Below, in pieces: positions 11,188 to 25,571 of a DNA stretch of 63,834 nt. The stretch is from Octopus bimaculoides. Taxonomy: Eukaryota. Made by a program: the position numbers and the translations under genes. The DNA lies in contig NC_069000.1 of assembly GCF_001194135.2 (NCBI RefSeq), positions 39,425,951-39,489,784 of the forward strand, written 5' to 3'. Position 1 is the stretch's first letter. The number at the start of each line of letters is the position of its first letter. The notes beneath the pieces were generated by a model that was not told the DNA's origin, ran no database searches, and was given only the letters and a program-made list of their open reading frames with translations.

Positions 11188-12132
11188 AACAGTTTATATG
11201 TGTTTTAAGTAAAACAGTGTGTGGATATATATATATATATATATANNNNNNNNNNNNNNNNNNNNNNNNNNNNNNNNNNNNNNNNNNNNNNNNNNNNNNN
11301 NNNNNNNNNNNNNNNNNNNNNNNNNNNNNNNNNNNNNNNNNNNNNNNNNNNNNNNNNNNNNNNNNNNNNNNNNNNNNNNNNNNNNNNNNNNNNNNNNNNN
11401 NNNNNNNNNNNNNNNNNNNNNNNNNNNNNNNNNNNNNNNNNNNNNNNNNNNNNNNNNNNNNNNNNNNNNNNNNNNNNNNNNNNNNNNNNNNNNNNNNNNN
11501 NNNNNNNNNNNNNNNNNNNNNNNNNNNNNNNNNNNNNNNNNNNNNNNNNNNNNNNNNNNNNNNNNNNNNNNNNNNNNNNNNNNNNNNNNNNNNNNNNNNN
11601 NNNNNNNNNNNNNNNNNNNNNNNNNNNNNNNNNNNNNNNNNNNNNNNNNNNNNNNNNNNNNNNNNNNNNNNNNNNNNNNNNNNNNNNNNNNNNNNNNNNN
11701 NNNNNNNNNNNNNNNNNNNNNNNNNNNNNNNNNNNNNNNNNNNNNNNNNNNNNNNNNNNNNNNNNNNNNNNNNNNNNNNNNNNNNNNNNNNNNNNNNNNN
11801 NNNNNNNNNNNNNNNNNNNNNNNNNNNNNNNNNNNNNNNNNNNNNNNNNNNNNNNNNNNNNNNNNNNNNNNNNNNNNNNNNNNNNNNNNNNNNNNNNNNN
11901 NNNNNNNNNNNNNNNNNNNNNNNNNNNNNNNNNNNNNNNNNNNNNNNNNNNNNNNNNNNNNNNNNNNNNNNNNNNNNNNNNNNNNNNNNNNNNNNNNNNN
12001 NNNNNNNNNNNNNNNNNNNNNNNNNNNNNNNNNNNNNNNNNNNNNNNNNNNNNNNNNNNNNNNNNNNNNNNNNNNNNNNNNNNNNNNNNNNNNNNNNNNN
12101 NNNNNNNNNNNNNNATATATATATATATAAGA

Positions 12133-12300
12133 TGCCATTCAGTCACGAATGTCCATGGGATGCACCTAGAAAATTCCCCTCCGAGGCACACGTTTCTGCA
12201 AGTTTGTTTGTGGAAGACAAGCAGTAGGCGGCCTCTACCAGTCTCCTCTCTGCAGGCCACCGTTACTCTAGCATGGCTGCAGTCAGATGTTTGAAGCAAG
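12133..12300 (-). mobile_element. SINE family D, 3' portion
   Basis: ccatgggatgcacctagaaaattcccctccgaggcac...gtttgtggaagacaagcagt matches a recalled octopus SINE tail; the family link to the heads at 42872 and 59545 is from memory. Confidence 0.55.
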
Positions 12301-12486
12301 TCACTGAATACATACTAGAGAATTGTATCAGTTTCAGAGATCCAAATACAGCCCAGGCGGTTTTTGTCGGCTGGTAAAAGATGTCTACCTAAGGAAAGAG
12401 GCAGTGAAACTGAAATGAAAGCCAAGTGTTTGAGAAGTAATTTTTTTTTATCGCACAGCCATGCCTGTTTTTATTCTCTTCCCCCC

Positions 12487-12522
<36 letters not shown>

Positions 12523-13106
12523 CTCCAATCCTTATGGATAAACACGTTTTTCAAAAGCTGAACCTTTTTTCCTTTGGAAAAATAAATTTTACAGATTATT
12601 GATCATATACACAACATAGCTGAAAGGAAAAAATTAGACACACAGAACATCTGCGTAGTGGTTCTAAAGTTCTTTAAGGCGTAAATACATTTTTATGTTA
12701 GAACGAACAATTTTAAAAGATATCTAGGCACAAGTGTTGCTTAGTTATCAATCCACGTATTGATTATTGATGTTAATCATCAGTTATATACATATCGATA
12801 CTCAAATACATGTATGTGTTTGTGTGTGTGTTTTGAAATCCAATGATCAATATGCATACATATAAAATAATATACGATCACATATTTTTATATTTTATAT
12901 ATAATTAGGTTAAATATATTGGAGAATGTGCGGCAGGATGATCCATATGTGAATATTCAATACGTAGTACACCTATGGTGGATAACCGTTGATTTATTGG
13001 GTTGTATTTACATAAAATAGAAGTTAAATAACTTACACGTCCATATACAAGGATATTCATAAATCCATGCATGCATATAAATATATATAGATATGTGCAA
13101 ATATCG

Positions 13107-13142
<36 letters not shown>

Positions 13143-14604
13143 ATGGGTATATATATGCGTGTGTATATATATATANNNNNNNNNNNNNNNNNNNNNNNNN
13201 NNNNNNNNNNNNNNNNNNNNNNNNNNNNNNNNNNNNNNNNNNNNNNNNNNNNNNNNNNNNNNNNNNNNNNNNNNNNNNNNNNNNNNNNNNNNNNNNNNNN
13301 NNNNNNNNNNNNNNNNNNNNNNNNNNNNNNNNNNNNNNNNNNNNNNNNNNNNNNNNNNNNNNNNNNNNNNNNNNNNNNNNNNNNNNNNNNNNNNNNNNNN
13401 NNNNNNNNNNNNNNNNNNNNNNNNNNNNNNNNNNNNNNNNNNNNNNNNNNNNNNNNNNNNNNNNNNNNNNNNNNNNNNNNNNNNNNNNNNNNNNNNNNNN
13501 NNNNNNNNNNNNNNNNNNNNNNNNNNNNNNNNNNNNNNNNNNNNNNNNNNNNNNNNNNNNNNNNNNNNNNNNNNNNNNNNNNNNNNNNNNNNNNNNNNNN
13601 NNNNNNNNNNNNNNNNNNNNNNNNNNNNNNNNNNNNNNNNNNNNNNNNNNNNNNNNNNNNNNNNNNNNNNNNNNNNNNNNNNNNNNNNNNNNNNNNNNNN
13701 NNNNNNNNNNNNNNNNNNNNNNNNNNNNNNNNNNNNNNNNNNNNNNNNNNNNNNNNNNNNNNNNNNNNNNNNNNNNNNNNNNNNNNNNNNNNNNNNNNNN
13801 NNNNNNNNNNNNNNNNNNNNNNNNNNNNNNNNNNNNNNNNNNNNNNNNNNNNNNNNNNNNNNNNNNNNNNNNNNNNNNNNNNNNNNNNNNNNNNNNNNNN
13901 NNNNNNNNNNNNNNNNNNNNNNNNNNNNNNNNNNNNNNNNNNNNNNNNNNNNNNNNNNNNNNNNNNNNNNNNNNNNNNNNNNNNNNNNNNNNNNNNNNNN
14001 NNNNNNNNNNNNNNNNNNNNNNNNNNNNNNNNNNNNNNNNNNNNNNNNNNNNNNNNNNNNNNNNNNNNNNNNNNNNNNNNNNNNNNNNNNNNNNNNNNTA
14101 TATATATATATATGTACATCTACCTAATTGTCTATGTCTCTCTCTCTCCCTTTCTCCGTCTCTCCCTATATACATACATAATACGCACACACATACATGT
14201 ATCTTCCACGCTCACGTAATGTATCACTGCATTTGTTTTCACTGCTGTCCTACTCTGCTAGCAAAAATATCTTGTTAACACCGCAGGCTGCCGTCTTTGT
14301 TGTTTATATTGCTCATACCACTCACTCACACTTTTATTCCTTTCATCATCAAACATTCAATTAATCTTGCGTCTAGATTCATACAATAAAACTGACAATA
14401 ATTCATTAAACAGAAAGCTTCGTATTTTTAACTCCAAACGTACAATAGACTTATATTATTTGTATGTCTGACCAGTAACCTAAAGTACAACACTTGCAAG
14501 AGGAAAATATTCATATATAGTGGCTCCGCTGCTCCGCTATTGAAACGATAGAAATGGCAGGCTTGTCGTTGATATTATGTTAAACTATCGTACGTCCAAA
14601 TTTG

Positions 14605-14695
14605 GTCAAATGTTTGGCGGTATTTCGTCTGCCGTTACGTTCTGAGTTCAAATTCCGCCGAGGTCGACTTTACCTTTCATGCTTTCGGGGTATAT
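14605..14695 (+). mobile_element. SINE family A, internal fragment
   Basis: gcggtatttcgtctgccgttacgttctgagttcaaattccgccgaggtcgactttacctttcatgctttcgggg. Confidence 0.85.
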
Positions 14696-14787
14696 ATAAG
14701 TGTTGCCTCTTTGTCCAGCATTCGCCATGATAGATCGCTAGCCACTAAACCTTTTTCTATTTTCTCTCCCTGTTTATTTTTTTGTTC

Positions 14788-14823
14788 CTTTCTGTCGAAG
14801 AGTGTAGGCTCGAAACGTAAAAA
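14788..14823 (+). ncRNA. Minimal hammerhead-ribozyme-like motif in a Penelope-type terminal repeat (~14700-14875)
   Basis: cttt-CTGTCGA-a-GAG-tgtagg-CTC-GAAAC-GTA-aaaa: palindromic ACGT and a GTA triplet are present; core A6 is replaced by T. Confidence 0.5.
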
Positions 14824-14871
14824 CTTTCTCACTTCCCGAACGTTAAACTAATACATCTGTTTTATAAATTC

Positions 14872-14906
<35 letters not shown>

Positions 14907-15449
14907 NNNNNNNNNNNNNNNNNNNNNNNNNNNNNNNNNNNNNNNNNNNNNNNNNNNNNNNNNNNNNNNNNNNNNNNNNNNNNNNNNNNNNNNNNNNNNN
15001 NNNNNNNNNNNNNNNNNNNNNNNNNNNNNNNNNNNNNNNNNNNNNNNNNNNNNNNNNNNNNNNNNNNNNNNNNNNNNNNNNNNNNNNNNNNNNNNNNNNN
15101 NNNNNNNNNNNNNNNNNNNNNNNNNNNNNNNNNNNNNNNNNNNNNNNNNNNNNNNNNNNNNNNNNNNNNNNNNNNNNNNNNNNNNNNNNNNNNNNNNNNN
15201 NNNNNNNNNNNNNNNNNNNNNNNNNNNNNNNNNNNNNNNNNNNNNNNNNNNNNNNNNNNNNNNNNNNNNNNNNNNNNNNNNNNNNNNNNNNNNNNNNNNN
15301 NNNNNNNNNNNNNNNNNNNNNNNNNNNNNNNNNNNNNNNNNNNNNNNNNNNNNNNNNNNNNNNNNNNNNNNNNNNNNNNNNNNNNNNNNNNNNNNNNNNN
15401 NNNNNNNNNNNNNNNNNNNNNNNNNNNNNNNNNNNNNNNNNNNNNNNNN

Positions 15450-15487
<38 letters not shown>

Positions 15488-16857
15488 TTTAGAATATTTA
15501 AATTACAGTAACATTAAAAGAAAATGTAGTATACGTAGACAGAGATGGACTAACATGTACATAACATTCATGAAACATATACAGACATTTAGGGCTAGGT
15601 AGATACACACTTGTCCACAGATAGTTGCCTGAATAAAATGTCCACTTCATTAATAAATTAAATAGGATTAAACAGGTTGAGCGATCGTGAAACATGTATT
15701 TATACCTGATGGGTGTCTGACGTCTTCTATATTCCGTCTTAATTTGTAATATCATAGATGGTTGAATTATATATATATTTAATATGTATCTATTGTTAAA
15801 CTGCGCTGATGATGACCAAGGAGTGTGAAATGGTTTTTCATGGTTACCAAGACCACAAGAGAAAAAAGTAAGGATTTTAATTCGTGAGAAAAGAAAGGAT
15901 GTCAAAGTTAAGATACGAATTAACTATTATATAAATATCATAAAAATTCTCTTAGAGATCCTCTCGCCTCCAACGATATATATCCACTCAGAAGCACGCA
16001 ATATGTTCAAATTTAATGTATATATCAATATGTTTCTATATTTTCCCATATCCTTTGAATGATTTTTTAAACCTGAAGTTGCATCTCAAAACGCCCTCAG
16101 CTTGTTTGGAAATTGTCTAGTACAATTCCGTTTATTCCGTCGTATTTGTAATGTGTTGTTTACTTTTCCGGTGTATATTTGATGGGATGAGATGAGTTAT
16201 TCCTTGTAGATTTGTCTTTTAATCTAATTCAGTTCTGTACTCATTTCATTTTGGTTTGTTAGTTTGTTTTTTTTTTCTTAAATTTCTATCCTATTGTCTC
16301 TATAAATGTTGTTTTGGACAAGATTACGAGCTTTTTAACACGTTTCTTTCTAAGTGAATTGAAGTTTAAAATTAATTAATGATATACTTATTTATTGTAA
16401 GTGGTATTTTCTGTCTGAATAAGTTGGATAAATTGTATAAAGATATTTGTGAACTGATTTCATTGGCGTATTATATTTTTTAATTAGAATTCTCTGGGCG
16501 CTTTTTTTTTTTGTATGTGCTTGTGATGTAGTCAGTAATTCTGATCGGTTATGTTTAAAATTAGGAATTGTTCGAAGAAATGTTCGTAAGTGACTTTAAC
16601 TATAAATCTATTTAAAGTCATAGCTATTCGTGGAGAAGAAAATAGTGTTTTATGACTGAACTGTTTTGCTTTGTTTCTTACAAAGTGTTTGCTAAACTAA
16701 TTGGAAATTTTCATTTGCCAGTTTCATTGGGATCGCACAAATGATAGGCTCACACGTGTTCATACACGCAGACACGCAAATGACTCATAACTATTTGTGT
16801 GATTGATGAGTTTGCATACATATACATGTACACACACATACAGATAGATGGATAAAT

Positions 16858-16897
16858 TGGCAGACAGACAGACAGACAGACAGACAGACATACAGAC

Positions 16898-16956
<59 letters not shown>

Positions 16957-17075
16957 CAGACATGTAGATAGATAGATACATACATACATACATACATACA
17001 TACATCGATAGATACATACATACATACATGCATACATACATACATACATATATACATACATACATACATACATAT
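16858..17075. repeat. Compound (GACA)n(GATA)n(CATA)n microsatellite
   Basis: Read directly. Confidence 0.95.
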
Positions 17076-19019
17076 GCTTCATTATGTATGCCATGTTAGG
17101 CTGTATATGTCTAACATCTTGAGAATTATATTTTGGTCAATGTGTACAGTTCTTCATAAGTGGGGTATTTAGAATGATGCATTGATATTAAAGTTCCTTA
17201 TTTGTATAAATTATTAATGGACATGTCTTCTTTGGCTCATAACTCACGAATTTAATAGAGAAGCTAAAAGCTTCAATTAATTGAGCAAATATTTCCTGCA
17301 AGTCACCTCAGTATAAATAATTGACGAAGCACCACTACGTCACTTGGTCATAAAAAAAGGTACATCAATAATTCATTTTATATTTAAATTCACGATAATT
17401 AATTCATGGCATTTTCCTAATATTAACCCTAGGAGCACTATTTTCATATACAAAAGCTCGGACACACACACAAACACACATACACACACACAAACTCACA
17501 CACACACACACACATACACATTCATGCATACAGATGTGTCTTAAATGTAATTTTTAAATATCTGGATTTTAACATAACAAAGATATAACATTTGTATTTA
17601 TAGTCACTTTCTACATGTGTCACCAATTCCTACAACCATGAAATAAGACGTATAATATGTAGATACATACCTAATTGCTTTTACATAGCAATCAATTCAA
17701 TCACAAACTAAATTTATATGCTACAACTGAAAGTCATACTCTATAACGTGACATACATATGCAAAGAAGAACATATTGAATGTTATCTAAGAACATTTGT
17801 GTATGTACACATCATAGTATTACACATTAGTGTTTAGTAACGTTATATTTGTTATCTTTCACTCTATTTAAAAACACTTATAATTTGTTATGACAAAGTT
17901 CAGACTGTTGCGAAATGCAGTTCAAAGAATTTAAACAATTTAACTCCGGGTTTTAACTATTCAAATTTAAGAAAGTGAATTATGCGGTATTCTATCAATT
18001 GCAGCAAAATCTGTTATTGATTTTAACACATCAGTCACCCTTATGCCAGTGATATTTCTGAATTGACTTTTACCATTTAGCTTAAGTAGGCATTTTGTGT
18101 GATAGCTGTTACGTATGTGCGTTATTATTGAACCGCATTTTAGTTACAAGTTATTAATAAGTAATATAGAATATATAAATTTGTTCTAAATTTCGTGGAA
18201 AAAATTTATTGTTCACCAATCAACAGCGATTACAAATCACGACTGCAACTATTTTTCATAATACATCACAAGACAAGAGATTAAATCCTGTAATATTTTG
18301 TTCAAGAGCTTTATATATATATATATATATATAGTTAGAATTATTTTCTTTCAAATGTATTCCGTATAAACACCCTCCTTTCTCAGGGTTAGCAAATTCT
18401 CGTTTTCTTTTATATAATTATTACTTTTCCTTTTAGTACTTCAGTGATAATCGTACTTAACCCGTTAGTCCCGTGGTCCTTTTTTCAGGACCAGAATGAT
18501 AATCTATCATATTTTTGAAACACCTGTATTTTTCTGAGATATCTTTAGTTAGTCTTCAAGACTAAATTTTTTATATATATATATATATTTAGTATCACAT
18601 AAAAATTATATAGAAAACGATTTTTGGTAATAAATTAAATAGAACAATTTGGGCACTAATGGATTCAGGCAAGATTTTTATTTGTAGTTCGTTTCATAAT
18701 TGCAATAAGCACTGGTTTAAACAATGTCAAAACGAATTCATTCATTCACACTGATTCTGAGCGTATACACATATCTCTATTTTCCTCTCTTATGACTTTT
18801 GTAGATCCTCTTTGATTCTAGTCACCCTTTAAAGGTATTCTTATGAATTGTTTCATTTTTATTTTTGTTTTTAATAGTTTCCGTATTTCACGTGACGTTT
18901 TCACTTAGAGCTTTGTCTCCGCATATATTTTGAAAAATACATATCTTCAAAGCAACTTATTTACACTTTAAAGCAACTTCTAAAGAAATTCACGTGGAGC
19001 ATTGCGATTCAAGGTTAGA

Positions 19020-19830
19020 CACAGATTGATAGACACCATTGTGAACTTTCCTGACAATTTCCAGCAAATCAAGCGCGATGCCAAATTTTTCCTTGGGTTG
19101 CACATACGTTCTATTTGTATAGTCTACCGGAATGACTACCATTGTCTACATTATTAACTAAACTATAATGCTATCAAATATTCAACAGTACCAATCATAC
19201 TTTGCATTTGGTAGCAATAGCAATATTAGAAGCAGTCACCACATAAACTTATATCAATACTGTAAACTGGTTCACAGTGAAGTAATATTACGTACGGTTG
19301 CTGCAAATTTAATTCATATTTGCTCTCAGTCATAAAATCTTTAATATGTCTCTCTAGATGAACTAGGAAATGAATGACAGATTGTGAACTACCATCTGCT
19401 TTGTATTCCTCAATGCCTGCAGTTGTTCTGAACAACTAACGTAAATATAATTTATGAACGATGGAATATTCAGTTATTGTATTGGCATCAATGTGCATGT
19501 TTATCATTTAGGTACATATATGAAAGCATATTTCACAGAGATGAAGAAGTATCACATTTCATTAAGGACGTGCGCATTGCACTTGAAATTTGTATTTTAT
19601 CGAACAAAATATCAGCGGTCAACCTGATGACTACTAAAAGATATGCTTGGTCAAAGTGCCTTCTTTAAGAAGTTTATTGTTCAACATTAGCCGTTCTAAT
19701 ATCCCTCTGTTCTTGATAAAATTTGTTCGAGCATGTATTTGCCTCCATAATGGATACTTTGAACGCGATTCATCAGAGGCTCCATGATCTAACAAACCGC
19801 CTTTACCAGTTCGTAGAGGATTGGCTTTTT
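19020..19830 (-). mobile_element. Old R4/Dong-like RLE retrotransposon remnant
   Basis: Broken minus-strand motifs in the expected order: NPLRTGKGGLL, QQPYVILL...VYSIDISLCGD (PD..D-like), VVIPV...EKFGIALDL. Confidence 0.4.
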
Positions 19831-20200
19831 AAACGAGAAAAGCTTGTCTTTTTATCGTATATTATGATAAGAATATGAAAATATGATGTTGCCTAACTTG
19901 AAATTTAATGGAATATGTGCTCTCCTGAACAGTTCCAAACGATGATCAAAGATCTATATTTTCGAATATTACAAGCACCTCACATACTTGAGCTTCTGGC
20001 CACTATAACTGGTATATTATTGATATATAATAATCAGTTTTTCTATATTTCAACATCATTAGCATTACGTTGTGGTAACGTACTTTCATATGGTAACGAG
20101 ACACACAGAAATGAAAATGGAATTAACTTAGTTTAAACACGTAACATTAAGTCATCTTGCCCATTTGTAATCAGGGATATTTGAAATGATTTAAAATATC

Positions 20201-20680
20201 ATGAGGGATGCCGGAAAGTAATGTTATGTTTCATGCAAGGAATTCAAATCAGCATAAACCATATTGTGAATGCATTCATTGAAAAAGAATGTAATTGGCA
20301 TCATTAGTGTAGAATCCTTTCACCTCAGAACCAGTTTTCTGGATTATTGAGAAAAAAACTGGATTTTCAAAAGAGAAAAATGAGTTGAGTACCGCTTCGA
20401 CGCCTTCCTTGCGTATGTATGTTTTTCCACGGGTAAAGTATTAGAGTGATCTGAGTCAGTAAAGAAAAAAGGGAGTTTATTCTGCAAATACACCCAAGAA
20501 GCACTGACTGTATCCAAATGGATCTCCAGTCTCAACTCTAATATACATTTCGTGGAATACAATAGGTATTGTTTACTTCGAATTATTCGAGCAAAGGAAA
20601 AGCATCACCACAGAACCTTATTGCCAAGATCAACCAACTCTAACAGAAAGGAAATCCTCCTGCAACATATCTAAGAAAAT
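20201..20680 (+). mobile_element. Degenerate mariner (TIR-like start plus DDD-domain remnant)
   Basis: TIR-like tgagggatgccggaaagt at ~20202; YISWNTIGIVYFELFEQRKSITTEPYCQ (20544-20627) resembles the mariner VWW..GI..FELL..GQTIT..YCQQL segment. Confidence 0.6.
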
Positions 20681-22190
20681 TCAAGTCGTTAACCTAGGAC
20701 ACTCTATCTAGCCCTCCCAACTAACGAGACCTGTAACCTTCAGATTATCATGTTTTTTTTTTATTCAGGTTATTTGAGCAGGTTATTCCAAACATTATTA
20801 TTTCTTGATAAACCTGCTTGCTTTTTCTACTTTTTACTTTTTGCCCAACGCATCATAAATCTAATATCAATATGGGAAAATGATGTTGGTAACGATGGCG
20901 ACTATAAAATTATATTTCAAATTAATAAATATATTTATATCATGTTTATGCTAATTTGAACTCTACGTGAAATGCGAAAATGCAAGATTACATTTCCGTG
21001 CCGGTAATAGTTTCCAGAAAGTATTTACCAGCGTTTAAAGTAAGATTAAATTCTTATCTTAATGCAGTTTGTGGTATTTCAGTTTGTATTTCGTCTACTA
21101 TCGAATAACTTTCATTCACCTGCAAGCAAATGTTATTAATGGCTTCTATTACTACACACGATCTAGCTAAAATAAGGTATAATTTTCTGGCAGGTATTTG
21201 GATATGCAATATTAAGATTAATGTAATATTCATGTGAATATTATGGCTAAATATGGCATCATTTCAACTGCATTCTAGAAGATCCGAATTATAATTAAGA
21301 CGGTATATTTACACATGCACTAAAACACAAAAGGTGTGCAAATTCAGAGGGGAAATTATTTCAGCTGTTGTAACGACAAAAAGACACCATTTTATTTTAC
21401 TGAATGTTATCGATAAAATTCCGATCATCGCGATATCATGCGCACCGGATATCATTTAGTTATTCTGGTACACTTTACCACTGTGGTATATAAAATTACA
21501 GTCGCAATCATTAAGCTATTGCATTATGTCGCCTCTACACGATTGCTTACAATGAAAATCAAAGGTAACTATGTGTCTTTTTTGTGAACTTCAGTCCGAG
21601 CGACTCTAGAAAATTTCTATTCCAATATTTATATGTCGGAAAAAAGATGTGTCTAAGAAAACCTTCTTTGAAGGAGATTGTTTCGTCATAAAACAAAAGC
21701 GATTTCTTAACGTTCATTATAAAGTTTCTGCTGTTATCAAGATTGTTGGAAAGTAGTGATATATTCAGCTAATAATGATCCTGCTGGAAGTGTTTGTAAA
21801 TTAATTGACAGTTACAATTCTTCTATATCCAACTTACTGGCAATTGTCTTTAATAAACTGACACCACACTTGAATACCACAAGCTCAAATTCACTGCTAT
21901 TATTCTATGTGGCTTCTAAATAATTATTCCTAATCTGTTTATGCGCGGATTCTAAGAAAATAATTGAAGTTAAAATATATTTGTCACATAAGTTGCTCAT
22001 TAATATAAGTGCTGAAATGGCATCTGTGTTTCATTTGGTAGATAGGATTTTTGAATGCATCAGAATGTTATTAGATATATCAGCACCAGCGACTGTCACT
22101 TTGATCAAAGTAGAGATTCCTTGCTTTTGTAAAAATGTAGCAATTAATAATTACTACTACTGCTGCTACTGCTGCTGCTATATATATATC

Positions 22191-22523
22191 GTGGCACCCT
22201 GTCGATTACGATGACGCGGGTTCCAGTTGAACCGATCAAAGGAACAGTCTGCTCGTGAAATTAACGTGCAAGTGTTTGAGCACTTCACTGACAAGTGTGC
22301 CCTGAACGTAGTTGTCAGGGAATTTCAGCGTAGCACATTGTGGCATAACAGGAATACAAGAGTGAGAAATAGTTGTGGTGAGAGAATACAGCAGAGTTCG
22401 CCACCACCACCTGCCGGTGCCTCGTGGAGATTTAGATGTTTTCGCCCAATAAACACTCAAAACGCCAGGTGTGGGAATCGACACCGCGATCCTTTGACCC
22501 CGGGTCTGCTGCATAGCCACCGT
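22191..22523 (-). mobile_element. SINE family B, full length, diverged
   Basis: Reverse complement of the 26344 copy (ctgctcgtgaaattaacgtgcaagtg...; gggaatcgacaccgcgatcc head). Confidence 0.88.
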
Positions 22524-24399
22524 CAAATGACTGAAACACTTTAAAGAATAAAAGAATATCATGTTGTATCATATATCATATTATATTATAATATATTATA
22601 TCATACTATATTATATTGTATTCTATTATGTCATATATTACATCTGACGTCCTATATCTAAATGCACTTCACAATTTAAGCCACCATGTCATAATTTGAG
22701 AGATATTTTGCTAGTATTTCTTTGCATTCAGTTTGGGTGGCTGGCTAAGCCTCGCTGTCATATGAAATACTACTTGCTGTTTCATGACAAAGAGCCACGA
22801 ATCAACAAGGAAGCTTGTGTGCAGTAGCTTGTGAATCAAACAATAACTGCCAAGTTCCAGACAGATCACACCGAATCATCTGTAAAAAGAAAAGGCATAT
22901 TTCAAAATATAGTCCAAAAATATTTTACATTAAGAAATTTTGTTCACCGCTACAGAATTTCCAGTATGTCTGCACTTACGGTTTGGCCCCTGGTCTCTAC
23001 TAAATAAATTCAAACGTTTCAGGCAAACGCTGAAAATAGATTATATGTATTCAACAGCTTAATACATGCATGGTAAATCTAAACTACACTTAGCTGTACA
23101 GACACCAGCCAATAAAGACGTCTGCAAGCGTAACAACTTATTTCCTTCCATAAATTTATATTTCCTTGAAGAAAAATTCAATACATTTACTAATATCAGT
23201 AGCAGTATTTAATGCATGAGTTCAGCCTGAATTTAACAATATGCAGACTAATGATTGATCGTCCGTAGAGAATAAATCATTTCTATTTATGTCAGAAAAT
23301 TATAGACAATTTGTTTCCAGTCAATATATTATTATAGTTAGAATATAATCACGGAAACTTATAAACTGGAGTTTCCAAATCATGTTAACGATATATCGTC
23401 TTTTTATGTGCCTCTATGGAACCCTGACCATATCAGAACTGTTCAATCTGACTCAAATTTATTGTATTATATTCTCATGACTATTTTATTCGTGTCTTGT
23501 TCAACTATACAGATTATAGTCTCACGTACCTATTCACAAGAGAAATATAAATAGTAAGATACATATATGCCGCATACATCTATGTTTGTGTGATATCTGT
23601 TAGTTAACTCGTAATTGCTATATAATGTATGGTATGCTCTCTTAGCGGGCGGCCAAACCGGGAAATCCCCCAAGATTCTTTGGTGGGGCGTTTAATTTCT
23701 ACACATTTTTTCAGGATGGAGAAAAAATCCAGTTAGGAAAATGAATAAATAGCGTGAACAGCCATTCAATATTTTATATATACGTCTAAATTTGCAGTGA
23801 TATACATGTACACTTAAAACAAGGATTAGTTACTTGAATGCTGTGTTCGAACTTCGGTTTTTTTTTTTTACTTAGTTCCTAAGTTAACAGTTTCAAATAA
23901 TTAGAGTGCCGCACGTATATCAGAGAAGTGATTGCTACAATGAAACTTATTATGTTGCTATTTTTGCCCCGAAAATCAGGCCACGTCAAGCTTGTACCTA
24001 CTTGAAACTAAATAAAAATGCAACATCACTTTTCACCGTAACAATTGACATAATCTCCGGAATCTTTACGCTTGAAAACATACTTAATGTTTAATGTAAG
24101 GGGCAGCCTTCACGAACTTGAAATCTCTCATGGCAGTGCTCAGAAAGCTCAAATGTACTCGATATTTAGAAGCTAGAATATTGATGTTGTCAAAGTCCTA
24201 CGTGGTTACGAGCTCGGAAAGTCCGTGAAATATATTACTTTCGATTATTACTGTTATTAACATGTAACCTATGAGAACAAAATGAATACGTTCACAGCTT
24301 ACGTAAGTGTTGTCAGTTGTATTTCTTTGATTAGATTAATACATCACGTAGTTCTAGGACCATTGTCCTCCTGATGCAATTACCCTGAAACTAGTCGCT

Positions 24400-24620
24400 G
24401 GATGCTGGCTTTGATGGGGTGCTTATCTCCCCTGTTTGAAAACTTAAGGACACAGAACGCTTGCGTCACGTGGCCAACTAGAAACGGTATGAACCGGCCA
24501 TTGGAATATAATTCTCGCTGTATGTGCCTGAGCATTACCCTGATTGAAGTACACCTTTCGGATAACTTATGCCACTCAAGCCCCTCGCAGTAGATCTTTG
24601 TTATCGTATACATCACAGCG
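24400..24620 (-). mobile_element. Tc1/mariner DDE-domain remnant
   Basis: Minus frames ITKIYCEGLE and VYFNQGNAQAHTARIIFQW...SWPRDASVLCP resemble FQQDNAPAHTA...WPPNSPDLNP. Confidence 0.55.
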
Positions 24621-25494
24621 AAGGAGCGGGGTCTTGGAAGTGCACACGCCCTCCATTAATTTTCATGAAAATACTACTCAACATGGAAACACAATAAGTA
24701 AAATCATTAAATTTAAACCTTTTTTGCTTCCAGGGGCTTAATTAGAGTTGGGTTTAACGTTGTCAAGGACCACCCCAAGCTAAATGTATGTCTCCATTTC
24801 AATGAGAATGTAACGCGCTGACCTCCTTTCAGAGAGTGTTACTCATTTCTGTGTTACCACTAAATGTCGAACCCTGTTCTCTTCTACCGAACTACAGTAG
24901 TGTAAGTTATTTCAGTGGAATGTTTTAATCAAGTCGAAATCAACGTAGCATGACTACACGATAATCAGATGCCTCTATTCCGATTTCTATTTCTGAATCA
25001 GGATTATAGAAAAGAATAACATTCCTTTGATCTAGTCATTTTATCCACGCTTCTTCATTATTTAACTTCTATGTTCTTCTATCCAGAAATTAAATTACTT
25101 GTAAGCTGATGATAAACAATATTTATTTTGGCAATCATAACGATAAGAGTCGAATCTAGATAAATAAACGTAATACCGAGTGTCATTTATTAACATATAA
25201 CTGAACGCTTTTCTTCTTTTTTCCCTTATGTCATATCGCTGTCTCTCTTTTACCCTCCCCTGACCCTCTCTCTCTCTCTCTCCATGTATCTATCTATTTA
25301 ACTTGCTCTTCTGCTCTTATTTCTATAGTGTTTAGTTTTCTCCATCTCGTTTTTGTCCTCTTTCTCTAAGTATCTTCTATACAAACCACTTGCTCTTAAT
25401 TATATCAGTCGTCGGCACTCTACCAATCATTACCACCATTTTGCAGCTAACTTTATCTACTCGTCGTTGTATCTATTTCTCTCCCTCTTTCTAT

Positions 25495-25496
<2 letters not shown>

Positions 25497-25571
<75 letters not shown>
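25497..25571. repeat. (GATA)n microsatellite
   Basis: Read directly. Confidence 0.95.

Noticed and set aside
15950-16650. Possible minus-strand Penelope C-terminal/GIY-YIG remnant
   Set aside because: Only strand-biased composition and faint motifs; cannot be supported by eye.
18457-18667. TTAA-CCCGTTAGTCCC...GGGCACTAATGGATTCA as a piggyBac-like MITE
   Set aside because: Right TIR too degenerate and no second TTAA.
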